Source of the DNA: a virus
Lineage: Duplodnaviria > Caudoviricetes
DNA length: 55,856 bases
Virus record (IMG/VR): IMGVR_UViG_3300031951_000193
Span: 1 to 55,856 of that record
Reading direction: 5' to 3' (one strand)
Shown here: positions 9,142-17,031 of the stretch, piece by piece
How the letters are laid out: each line of letters begins with the position of its first letter
How positions within the stretch are numbered: the stretch's first letter is position 1
Program-made: the position numbers and the translations under genes
The notes under the pieces: generated by a model
The model's database searches: none
What the model saw: the letters and a program-made list of their open reading frames with translations, nothing else
Told to the model about the DNA's origin: nothing

Positions 9142-9645
9142 TTCTGCCTTCCGCAGCCGCTCGATGGCTTCTCTGACTCGCTTGGCGATGGTGCGGGGAT
9201 CGAGCCCCTGCTCTTCGCCCAACTGCTCCAACGTGACGGCTTCTATCAGCCGATCCTCCAGTAGCGTCCGGTCATAGGCGGACAGCATTCTGATTGCCTT
9301 GAGGGCACGCATCTCTTGTCGCGTGCGATGCCTCGGCGGTTCCGGGTCCAGTATCTTCTCGACCGTGACGTACCTGCCGTCCTGCTTGGCCTGCGTTAGA
9401 ACCTCCCGGTACAGGGCATGCCTGATGGCAGACCCGAAGTAGGTGGTCGGCAGGCTTTTCCTTGGATCGTAGGTGGTCGCCGCCATCACGACCGCGTGCA
9501 TAGCCACGCTCTCTAAATCCACCCGGCGGGCACTCGCCCGAAGGTCGGGGTTTCTCCGCATGAACGAGGCGATGGCCGGGTTGCAGAACCGCAGGCTATC
9601 TTCTGCGATCCGCTGCTGCGCGGCGGTCAGCCGGCGTTTCTTCAT
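9127..9645 (-). CDS. Phage RNA polymerase sigma factor (sigma70/ECF-like)
   Basis: Region 2-like DLESVA...TYDP....PTTY...IRHAL; region 4 HTH TLEQLG...LDPRTIAKRVREAIERLR. Confidence 0.8.
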   Translation of the reverse strand: MKKRRLTAAQQRIAEDSLRFCNPAIASFMRRNPDLRASARRVDLESVAMHAVVMAATTYDPRKSLPTTYFGSAIRHALYREVLTQAKQDGRYVTVEKILDPEPPRHRTRQEMRALKAIRMLSAYDRTLLEDRLIEAVTLEQLGEEQGLDPRTIAKRVREAIERLRKAESNLP

Positions 9646-9872
9646 CGCCCTTCTTGGACGCGAATTAGGGTGTCTAGTTTCTCCCCGATGTCCGACAGCC
9701 TGTCTGACTGCTTCTCATGGGCGTCGGAGATTTTGTCGAGAAACTGGAAGTGTGCGTCCAGTAGTGGCTGTATCAGGTCATTGCGTGCCCACCAAAGCAC
9801 GAACCCCAGGATCACAACCGGGATGCCGAACCTCTCGGCGGCTCGGTAGACGAACTCCCAGTGGGGGCTCAC
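9642..9872 (-). CDS. Small TM + coiled-coil protein (holin-like)
   Basis: GTG start overlapping the upstream stop; AERFGIPVVILGFVLWW TM segment followed by a coiled coil. Confidence 0.6.
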   Translation of the reverse strand: MSPHWEFVYRAAERFGIPVVILGFVLWWARNDLIQPLLDAHFQFLDKISDAHEKQSDRLSDIGEKLDTLIRVQEGR

Positions 9873-10075
9873 CGGGGGCGGGCCGGCGGCGTTTCCTGCG
9901 GCTGCGGCGGCTTGATCTGGCACGTTCCCGTGGTACACGGCGCTTCCACCACCTGCTTGGATGGCGAAGGAGGCGGACCCTTGGGTCTGTGGGATGCCGC
10001 AATGCCCGCGTGAACCGCCATCTCTATCTGCCATGCCAGCACCGCTAGTTGAAGGAACGTCGAGAGGGTCTTCAT
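9869..10075 (-). CDS. Small exported Pro-rich protein with CTTGTC motif
   Basis: ATG 10075 coupled to the protease stop; hydrophobic N-terminus. Confidence 0.55.
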   Translation of the reverse strand: MKTLSTFLQLAVLAWQIEMAVHAGIAASHRPKGPPPSPSKQVVEAPCTTGTCQIKPPQPQETPPARPR

Positions 10076-11070
10076 ATGATGTCGCCTAGCCCCCAGTCGG
10101 GAAGGTTGTTGGCTGGCCAGCCCTTGCTCGGGCCAATAGCGACCATGTACCTGTCCTTCAGGTCGGTCCACTTCGCCCAGAAAGAACCTTGGGGAATGCG
10201 GTACTTGGTGCCGTATATAACGTCCGGGCCGGACAGGTAACTGCTCGGCCAACTGTTTTGGATCAGGAGCAAGCCGCAGCCGAAGCGCTGCACTGTTTCA
10301 GACCTGTCATCAACAGCGATAGCCGCCATCGCGTGGGCCCAAGAGTCGCCATGGTTTCTCTTGCACACGCCAAACGCATCACGCTGCGACACGAACGCTT
10401 CCATGCCGCAGGTGGACAGGGCGTAGCCGTTGGCCAGCATGTCCCTGGCCTGCTCGTAGGTCTTGCAGACGGTGGCGTTAGAGCAGAGATGCTGGGCACA
10501 GGCTTTCCGCACGCTCTCTGGTGGAGCAGTGGCGCCCCACTTGCCCTCTACCTTGGGATCATACTCGGTGAGGTCGAGCCCCAGTTCCGTGTACTTCTGC
10601 CGCAGCAGCAGGCCGCACTGATTGATAAGAACCTGGGCTGCCGCAGAACATTGCCAGCCGTCCCCGCCGTGCCCGCGAAACCAATACACCCCGTCCGTAC
10701 TGGCAACGCCATTACGCATGGCGACGGGGCTCACCACCGGGAACGTGAACCGCTCTTCGTTCTTACCGTAGGCAATGTAAGAGCAGTAGGAAACGAGGGC
10801 CGCGTTGCGAGAACTCCACGCCACGCACGACCCACGCTTCTGGTAGCCGCCCGGCAGACAGTCCGGGTACTGCTGCAATGCCGCAAGGTACGGCAGCGAG
10901 AGTTTGCCGGCCCCGCTGTCACGCAGGTGGTAGTCATCAATGGCATCGCCGGCATCGGCGTAGCCACCGTGGTCATTCAGGAACGCTGACAGTTCAGCGT
11001 CCGCACGGGGGTCAGGGATGTATCCCTTGAGCCGCCCCGATTCATAATCCAGAAGGATCTCTGGCTTCAT
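10072..11070 (-). CDS. Papain-like (C1 family) cysteine peptidase
   Basis: QKRGSCVAWS (oxyanion Q and catalytic C), WAHAM (His), IQNSW (Asn), GSFW. Confidence 0.85.
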   Translation of the reverse strand: MKPEILLDYESGRLKGYIPDPRADAELSAFLNDHGGYADAGDAIDDYHLRDSGAGKLSLPYLAALQQYPDCLPGGYQKRGSCVAWSSRNAALVSYCSYIAYGKNEERFTFPVVSPVAMRNGVASTDGVYWFRGHGGDGWQCSAAAQVLINQCGLLLRQKYTELGLDLTEYDPKVEGKWGATAPPESVRKACAQHLCSNATVCKTYEQARDMLANGYALSTCGMEAFVSQRDAFGVCKRNHGDSWAHAMAAIAVDDRSETVQRFGCGLLLIQNSWPSSYLSGPDVIYGTKYRIPQGSFWAKWTDLKDRYMVAIGPSKGWPANNLPDWGLGDII

Positions 11071-11483
11071 TTGAGGGAGGCGCTCATGGAGAGGAAGGTC
11101 TGTGCAACTTCACGTTGCAGGGCTGGGTTCAGCGGAACATCCGCCGTGCCCAAACTCCGTTCGACCTCTCCCTCCAGCGCCTCCCGCAGGCCCGGGTACT
11201 TGCCCGGCTTGTTGTCGAATACGCCAGCCCACACCACCAGCAAGGCCGCTCGATGGGCTCTCCTGACGGCGGCGGTGTCCACGAATACTGGCTCTGTCTC
11301 TGGGTCCGCCTCGACCGCACGGCCGAGGACGGCGTAGGCATCCGACAGGCCGGACCGCTCGGCCGCTGTCATGCGGGCTGCCACGGCCGACAGGGCGTTG
11401 GTCGGCTTGGTGCCTTGTTCCGCCGGCTGCCGGAACAACAGGTATCCAAGGGCGAGAATAGCGCACAGGAGAAGGCGAATCAT
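11067..11483 (-). CDS. Membrane-anchored/exported hypothetical protein
   Basis: MIRLLLCAILALGYLLF hydrophobic N-terminus; coupled on both sides. Confidence 0.7.
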   Translation of the reverse strand: MIRLLLCAILALGYLLFRQPAEQGTKPTNALSAVAARMTAAERSGLSDAYAVLGRAVEADPETEPVFVDTAAVRRAHRAALLVVWAGVFDNKPGKYPGLREALEGEVERSLGTADVPLNPALQREVAQTFLSMSASLK

Positions 11484-11776
11484 GCCACCGGCCCCCCTCC
11501 CAGGATCTCCCATATCAACTGCTTGCACAGTTTCAGGGATGACTGCTGCTTGCCCTTGGACTCCAAGTCAGCCTGCAACTGCATGAGGGTCTGCACCCAC
11601 TTGTTCCGCCAGTTGGCGGCGGACTCTTCCTCCGAGGCTACCGCCGCCGCAGGACTGGAGGACATGAAAGTGTTCCAGCCTAGCACGGCCCAGTTGGCGA
11701 TCAGCGGGTACGCCACGACAGCGACCAACGCCACGGCCACCAGATAGTCAGCGGGCTGGAGACTCATGTCCGTCAC
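11480..11776 (-). CDS. Membrane protein
   Basis: TM segment YLVAVALVAVVAYPLIA. Confidence 0.7.
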   Translation of the reverse strand: MTDMSLQPADYLVAVALVAVVAYPLIANWAVLGWNTFMSSSPAAAVASEEESAANWRNKWVQTLMQLQADLESKGKQQSSLKLCKQLIWEILGGGPVA

Positions 11777-12066
11777 ACCTTCGGGTCGTGCAGTCGCACC
11801 GGCGGAACTTCGTTGAACACGTTGTTCAGGATGGTTGCCAGATAGTCTAGCAACTCACCCCCCGCTGGCGTCAGCAACACTGACCGGCAGTGGGCGAGCA
11901 ACTCGTTGTCCAGCCCGGTCGGAGTCTTGGTAGCGAGGAAGTCCAGCAGGTCGATGGCCCGGTAGACGCGATCCCTACCCGGGGGTGCCGACGAGATGGC
12001 GATCAGGTAATTGAGGGCTGGTGACCACTGGAGCAGGATTTTGATTTTGTCTGCAACTGATGGCAT
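11773..12066 (-). CDS. Hypothetical protein
   Basis: Coupled ORF, first gene downstream of the CCCATAAACAAGG motif. Confidence 0.7.
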   Translation of the reverse strand: MPSVADKIKILLQWSPALNYLIAISSAPPGRDRVYRAIDLLDFLATKTPTGLDNELLAHCRSVLLTPAGGELLDYLATILNNVFNEVPPVRLHDPKV

Positions 12067-12416
12067 GGGTACTTCCCAAATATGAGGCCGGGAGTCCCCT
12101 TGTTTATGGGGCGCTTGGCCCTCGATTCGGCATGTTGCAGAAGCCCCCGTTTTACGGCGTCCCGGTCCATATCCAGCCCCTCGCAGGCCGCAGAAAACGT
12201 GATGATTCCGGTCCCGTCATTGAGCCAACGCATGGCCGTCTGCTTCTGGCAGGCGTTTTGCTTGCGGTCGTGGTGCCCGACATGCAGAAGGTTTGCCGTG
12301 CGGAGCAGCATCATGGCGCAGAGCGAGCGCCAGATACCCTCCAGTTCCTCCCGGTTGAGAAACTCCAACTCCTCGTCAATGATCCGCTCGGCTGCCGGGT
12401 CCACGATCAACTCCAT
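12003..12416 (-). CDS. Hypothetical phage protein
   Basis: AMRWL...ITFSAACEGLDMD matches a common small phage family pattern (A..W.....F...C..L..D). Confidence 0.7.
   Translation of the reverse strand: MELIVDPAAERIIDEELEFLNREELEGIWRSLCAMMLLRTANLLHVGHHDRKQNACQKQTAMRWLNDGTGIITFSAACEGLDMDRDAVKRGLLQHAESRAKRPINKGTPGLIFGKYPCHQLQTKSKSCSSGHQPSIT
12098..12110 (-). promoter_or_regulatory. Putative late promoter motif (CCCATAAACAAGG)
   Basis: 11/13 match to the motif at 25162 and 54223; about 30 nt upstream of ATG 12066. Confidence 0.5.
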
Positions 12417-12702
12417 CCTTGGCGTCCTCCAGTGACTTGATGTGGTAGTCCAGATACCACCGGGCCTTCTTCAGGTCCGGCAGCGGATCTGTGGACTTCA
12501 GCCCTGCCCGCCAGACGTACTTGATGACGTTGCCAAGCACGAACCCAAACCCAGAGGTTACGGTGATTGCCTCGATGCCAGAGGGATGGCTGGTGTAGTG
12601 GGCGGGATGGTTGACTTGCTCTTCCTTCTTGACTTCGGGAGCCTTGTCATCTCCTTCGTGTCGGCGGAACTTCCACAGGGACGGCTGGGGGTCGAATGGC
12701 AC
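12376..12702 (-). CDS. DUF3310 family protein
   Basis: VNHPAHYT..GIEAI....F.LGNVIKYVWRAGLK....DLKKARWYL; GTG start inferred. Confidence 0.85.
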   Translation of the reverse strand: MPFDPQPSLWKFRRHEGDDKAPEVKKEEQVNHPAHYTSHPSGIEAITVTSGFGFVLGNVIKYVWRAGLKSTDPLPDLKKARWYLDYHIKSLEDAKDGVDRGPGSRADH

Positions 12703-12851
12703 AGGGTAAACTCCGGGCAGCGGCAGTGGGGGCAGGGGGCAGTTGGGTTGTAGGCGTGGCAGCGGTTGCACTGTCTGTTGAATCCGACAGGCACGCGGCG
12801 ACAATTTGTTTCTTCAGGTTCAAACAGCGGCAGCAGCAGTTGTCCTGGCAA
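12558..12851 (-). CDS. Possible small Zn-ribbon protein
   Basis: CNRC...CPHC and N-terminal QLLLPLF; TTG start uncertain; competing ORFs present. Confidence 0.35.
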   Translation of the reverse strand: MPGQLLLPLFEPEETNCRRVPVGFNRQCNRCHAYNPTAPCPHCRCPEFTLCHSTPSRPCGSSADTKEMTRLPKSRRKSKSTIPPTTPAIPLASRQSP

Positions 12852-12861
12852 ATACCTCCGC

Positions 12862-13164
12862 TCATTCGCCGCGATACTCCTTTGTAATCCTGGCGAGGAT
12901 CGACCAGAACACGGGGTCATGGGCGTCTTCCCCTTCGTAGGGAACCGGACATTCGTGCCGCAGAACGTGGGCCCATTCCTCCAGCAGAGTCTCGGCCATC
13001 ATGTGTTCCGATGTCTTGCTCAATCGGATGATGGCTCTCTCGTTGGTTACATGGCAGAGCCCGTACATCCCCGGCAGGTTTGGCACCACCCGTATCCTGA
13101 CCGGGGTCGTTGTTGGGAACTTGCGGCGAAGCCAGCGGGACACCTTGCGCAACGTCGAAGGCAT
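12862..13164 (-). CDS. SprT/zincin-like small protein with EExxH variant motif
   Basis: YGLC...IRL...TLLEEWAH...HDPVFW. Confidence 0.65.
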   Translation of the reverse strand: MPSTLRKVSRWLRRKFPTTTPVRIRVVPNLPGMYGLCHVTNERAIIRLSKTSEHMMAETLLEEWAHVLRHECPVPYEGEDAHDPVFWSILARITKEYRGE

Positions 13165-13480
13165 GGGCGAGTCTCGGTAGGTCAATGAGTCGGATAGTCA
13201 GTAGCCATCCAACCGGACTTCGGTTGGTGCGGTGCAGCAAGACGGGGGTCTTACGCCCAGCCTGCTCCACCGCCTTCTTCATGGTTTTTGGTACTGACAA
13301 CGCCTCAACACGCTTGACCTCAAACCAGAGTCCGGGAGTGTCTGAAACACGCAGGTCCGCAGAGTCTTGCGTTCCCGAGTGCTGTACGCTACGCCCGCAC
13401 TCCCACCCAAAAAGTTCCCGTAAAACCTGGGCTGCCTCTAATTCCCCGACCTTCCCCTTGCGACGGCTGTTCACGGCCAC
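12917..13480 (-). CDS. Holliday junction resolvase (PD-(D/E)xK, phage Hjc-like)
   Basis: NSRRKGKVGELE, DL, FEVKR, PVLLHR; non-conserved tail overlaps the next gene. Confidence 0.8.
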   Translation of the reverse strand: MAVNSRRKGKVGELEAAQVLRELFGWECGRSVQHSGTQDSADLRVSDTPGLWFEVKRVEALSVPKTMKKAVEQAGRKTPVLLHRTNRSPVGWLLTIRLIDLPRLAHAFDVAQGVPLASPQVPNNDPGQDTGGAKPAGDVRALPCNQRESHHPIEQDIGTHDGRDSAGGMGPRSAARMSGSLRRGRRP

Positions 13481-13857
13481 GGCTTGCCTCCATGTTGTCG
13501 CCTGTCCCGCAGGAACTTGTCTGGGATTGGCTCTTGCTCATAGGGCAGGGCCTTGCGGCGACGAAGGCTGGCCAACTTCTCCACGTTGACCGACCCGTCT
13601 ACCTCTTCCTTGGCTGTGAGGATCGCCCCCCGGGGGATCTCGCCGTAGTCCATCAACTTGTTGTGGACGGCGTGGTGACAACGGTTGCACAGGCTAATCC
13701 AGTTTTCTGGGATGTCCTTGCGTCCCGCGCCACCGACGATGTGGTGCAGTTCCATCCATCGTCCGCGACGGTCTGCCGGCCAGTGGCACACCGCGCAGAA
13801 CGGGTGCAGCATCATGTAGTCGCGGCGGGTGAACTGTTCGTCCGTGTCTTCAGACAT
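13471..13857 (-). CDS. HNH endonuclease
   Basis: CAVC...ELHHI......NWISLCNRCHHAVH. Confidence 0.85.
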   Translation of the reverse strand: MSEDTDEQFTRRDYMMLHPFCAVCHWPADRRGRWMELHHIVGGAGRKDIPENWISLCNRCHHAVHNKLMDYGEIPRGAILTAKEEVDGSVNVEKLASLRRRKALPYEQEPIPDKFLRDRRQHGGKPWP

Positions 13858-14290
13858 GCCGCTTGACCCACCCGTCATCCACTCGCTTGTAACGAACGAC
13901 CTGCTCGACTCCAGCCCAGGCTGCGATCTTCTCAAACTCGTCCGAGAACACGCCTACCTCGGTGGACTGCAACGGAACTGACTGCAACAGCACTGCCGTG
14001 CAGGCGGACGCCAGACGCTTCCTGCGATGCTCCGGGGCTACGAACCCTTCCAGGCACGGGATGCCGTCCCACAAGTGCAGGCTTACCCACGCCACGGGCG
14101 TCAGGTCGAACTCGTCATCCAGCATGCACACGGCAAAAACGAGATCATCTGGAACATCGTCCGGTCGGCGTCCTTCAGCGATGCCAGTAATCCACTTGCG
14201 GTGCAGGGAGTCCGGGTTCGTTAGCCCAGCCATGCCGTGGGCAAGGAACGGCGGCAGAGTGTCAGCACTCGTCGTTTGAATGTTCAGCAT
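13850..14290 (-). CDS. GNAT family acetyltransferase
   Basis: FVAPEHRRKRLAS acetyl-CoA-binding motif A. Confidence 0.75.
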   Translation of the reverse strand: MLNIQTTSADTLPPFLAHGMAGLTNPDSLHRKWITGIAEGRRPDDVPDDLVFAVCMLDDEFDLTPVAWVSLHLWDGIPCLEGFVAPEHRRKRLASACTAVLLQSVPLQSTEVGVFSDEFEKIAAWAGVEQVVRYKRVDDGWVKRHV

Positions 14291-14465
14291 GTTCGCCACA
14301 CCACTCCTCCTTTTTGACCACCGGCCATCCACCATTCAGGGCTCCAGGCTCTATGAATTGCGGGGGTCCACGCAGGCAGCGTCCGTATTCGCCGTCATAC
14401 CGCTCGGGTATCCAGTCAAAGAACAAGCAGGTCTGGCAGGACGGATGATCCGGTTTGGCAATCAC
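14262..14465 (-). CDS. Small Cys-rich phage protein
   Basis: CQTCLF...GRC.RGPP...WP.V....WCGEH; GGGAG SD. Confidence 0.75.
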   Translation of the reverse strand: MIAKPDHPSCQTCLFFDWIPERYDGEYGRCLRGPPQFIEPGALNGGWPVVKKEEWCGEHAEHSNDEC

Positions 14466-14483
14466 TGAACTCCCTTTCAGTAC

Positions 14484-14910
14484 CAGCCTACGGGGCTGTC
14501 AAGATCGGGTTGTCCAACACTTCCTCTTTGCAGATGTGTAAGACCAGATGCCCAATCGGTCGCAGATGCCATGTCCCCCCGACTCCCTGGCTGTGGCCGC
14601 CTTGACCAACACGGCACCCTTTGGTGAGGGCAGACCGACTCCCCGTTACCGGAGAGTCGTTTCTGACAGGCACCCTTCGGAGCCGGGCAAAACCGGGAAG
14701 TGTGTGTTGGTTTCGGGGTTCACTTCCTTGCATCCTTCGCCCCGTGCGGAGGGCCCCGTGGGCCTTTGAGTCCCGGCTGGAGTCGGCAGCGTGCCGGGCT
14801 AATTCCGCATGCCGCTGGATTTCCCTGTGCCCCAGGGTTGGTCAACAGCGGTGCTGTGCCCTCTTGTCGCACTCCATGCGGAGCCGGTTGGCGGGGCACC
14901 GATCTTCAGG
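14484..14910 (-). ncRNA. Candidate structured non-coding RNA (~410-430 nt) or structured origin
   Basis: No convincing ORF; 8-bp closing helix 14899-14906/14501-14508; nested helices; GUAA-capped 10-bp stem 14636-14659 whose single mismatch is G-U on the - strand. Confidence 0.55.
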
Positions 14911-14928
14911 CCAGTCGCCCAACGGGGG

Positions 14929-16512
14929 CTATTTGCTAAATCCCTTGTTCTTGCAGTGCTTCCTGCGTTCCATCTCGTCCGTGCATGCTTTTAGAACAGC
15001 GCGGTCACGGCAGTCGGATTTGTTGACCACCCACCACAGGTACGGGTGCGGGATCACGCTGAAACTCATTCGCTTGTAGCGGCCGAACGGCATCGCAGTG
15101 CAGACACGCACGCGCTCGGGCTGCTCGGCAGAGCGGTAGACATCGTGCTGGTAGTTGCCGTAGCGGGCCTGCACGACATGCCCCTGGCGACGGCTCCACT
15201 CAAGTTGATCGCGGGCGTGCTGCTCCCGGGCCTCGGCCTCCCGCTCGGCCTCTATTACAGGATCGAGCGTCCGGCCCGTTTGGGCCCCCGCGTTCTCCTG
15301 CTTCTTGCGGACCCGCCGCATAACCGTGGCGTCGAGGTCGGGGTACAAAACGTCGAGCGAGGTACACAGGTCGTTGTGCCTGGACGAGTCTGTAATATCG
15401 AACACTTCAAAGTACGGCTTGGCCGAGTTGGCAATGGCCACCTTCCGCTGCTCGGCAGACCCGTAGCCGTCAACTACGCCTGTCAGTGGCCGCGTCCCAC
15501 GGCCAAACATCTGGACGTACTTGGCCTTGCTTCTCGTCGGCTTGGCAACGAACAGTTTCCTTACCGGGGGCCAGTCCCAGCCAAGCGTTAGGCAGCCCAC
15601 GTTCAGAACAATGTTGACCACGCCTGTCTCAAAATCAGTCAGGTGCTGGCGGCGTTCGATGTCATCCATCTGCGAGTGAACGATGGAGGACTCGATACCC
15701 CGACGCTTGAGGTTGTCCCGCAGAGCCTCGGCCTGAAATATGCCCTGGCAGAACACTACGCTCGGGTCGCCCTCATGGTGCTGCTCCACCAGTGAGCCGA
15801 TCTCCTGCACGGTCTGTTCCTGTGCCATGACGCGGGCCAGTTCGTCAGCGTTGAAGTCGCCAAACTTCTGTGCCCGCATCCGTGCCGTGGACAGGTCAAG
15901 GCTTTCAAGGACCGATAGCCAAACCTTGGCTGGCACAAGCCAGCCATCCTCGGTGGCCTGACTAATCGGGTAGTAGAACCCGATGTTGCCGTAGTAGGCC
16001 GTGAGCGGATCTCCCTTGGATCGCTCGGGGCTGGCAGTCAGCCCGACCAACCTAACGCCACCCTGCGTCAGGTTGGTGAGCATCTCCAGTGCGCGCTTGG
16101 AGAAGTTCTGGTGAACCTCATCCACGATAATCAGGTCTACCGCGTTGATGTACCTTTCCCACCGCTTGCGTGAGAGCAGGGATTGGTAGCAAGCAACCGT
16201 GACCTTCTCGTCGGAACGTAGTCCTCCCTGTTCGACGCCGCACTCGATGCCCCGGCTTCGCAGCCGCTGGGCCGTCTGTCCAACCAGTTGAATCAGTGGG
16301 GCAATGAACAATGCCCCCTTGACGCACTCCCGAATCAGTTCCGCAGCGATCTCTGTTTTTCCGGTTCCCGTGGCAAGCACGCCCAGCGTCCTGCCGCTGG
16401 AGTTCAAGGCCATCCTGATCCCTGCCAGCGCGTCACGCTGGTATGGGCGCAGGCTGATTGGCTTGCAGTTATCAACTGGAAACAGGGTCTGCTGGCTCGT
16501 TATCTCGCTCAT
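14929..16512 (-). CDS. SF2 DEAD/DEAH-box helicase
   Basis: LRPYQ, ATGTGKT, DEVH, TAS, LTLGWD, QMFGRGTR; C-terminal MPFGRYK...YLWW (DUF3820-like). Confidence 0.93.
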   Translation of the reverse strand: MSEITSQQTLFPVDNCKPISLRPYQRDALAGIRMALNSSGRTLGVLATGTGKTEIAAELIRECVKGALFIAPLIQLVGQTAQRLRSRGIECGVEQGGLRSDEKVTVACYQSLLSRKRWERYINAVDLIIVDEVHQNFSKRALEMLTNLTQGGVRLVGLTASPERSKGDPLTAYYGNIGFYYPISQATEDGWLVPAKVWLSVLESLDLSTARMRAQKFGDFNADELARVMAQEQTVQEIGSLVEQHHEGDPSVVFCQGIFQAEALRDNLKRRGIESSIVHSQMDDIERRQHLTDFETGVVNIVLNVGCLTLGWDWPPVRKLFVAKPTRSKAKYVQMFGRGTRPLTGVVDGYGSAEQRKVAIANSAKPYFEVFDITDSSRHNDLCTSLDVLYPDLDATVMRRVRKKQENAGAQTGRTLDPVIEAEREAEAREQHARDQLEWSRRQGHVVQARYGNYQHDVYRSAEQPERVRVCTAMPFGRYKRMSFSVIPHPYLWWVVNKSDCRDRAVLKACTDEMERRKHCKNKGFSK

Positions 16513-16538
16513 GCTGCGACTCCCTTCGCCTTGTCCTG

Positions 16539-16799
16539 CTAGGCCAGTTGCCTACCCCGGGCTCCCACCCACCGACTCTGCCGTACTTCCGGCGTCCACC
16601 GCCGGCGCAGGGCTCTGGCCTCCTTTGCGATTTCTTCTGGGCTTGGATCTTTTGGCCCGTTCCCCATTAGCCCCGCCTGCTTGAACCTCGCCACCAAGTC
16701 CTGCGGCGTCAGCCCGAACCTCGCCGCCACTTCCCCCACCCGATGGTCCCTGCACAACTTCCACAGTTCCTCTATGGCCGGCATCAATACCTTGGGCAT
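16539..16799 (-). CDS. Small HTH-like protein
   Basis: VGEVAARFGLT HTH-like segment; DPSPEEI motif. Confidence 0.65.
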   Translation of the reverse strand: MPKVLMPAIEELWKLCRDHRVGEVAARFGLTPQDLVARFKQAGLMGNGPKDPSPEEIAKEARALRRRWTPEVRQSRWVGARGRQLA

Positions 16800-17031
16800 C
16801 ACTCGTACTCCCCGTTGGAAACAGTTCCGCACCACTGGCGGCGCGGAGCATGTCGATTTCTGCCAAGAGGGTTTGGATGTCCTCTCGGTTGCGTGTCAGT
16901 GCGTCGAAGACCAGCCCGTAGGTGGACTCGTCAAACCGCACCTTGTCCGGCGTGCGGACCACTAGGTCAGCAACGTCCGCCGTAAGCAGCAGCCTTTGCT
17001 TGAGCGCGAGGTAATCGCCTGGAGGGATCAC
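16552..17031 (-). CDS. Hypothetical protein
   Basis: GTG coupled to the ERF stop, GGAG SD; ordered ~75 aa then a low-complexity tail overlapping the next gene. Confidence 0.55.
   Translation of the reverse strand: MIPPGDYLALKQRLLLTADVADLVVRTPDKVRFDESTYGLVFDALTRNREDIQTLLAEIDMLRAASGAELFPTGSTSDAQGIDAGHRGTVEVVQGPSGGGSGGEVRADAAGLGGEVQAGGANGERAKRSKPRRNRKGGQSPAPAVDAGSTAESVGGSPG

Noticed and set aside
14478-14502. Sigma70 promoter at TTGACA on the - strand
   Set aside because: No credible -10 hexamer at 16-18 nt spacing
14488-15079. ORFs 14488-14733, 14548-14769, 14621-15079 and 14700-14939 as real genes
   Set aside because: No SD or coupling, no recognisable motifs, mutually overlapping; the region is better explained by base-pairing
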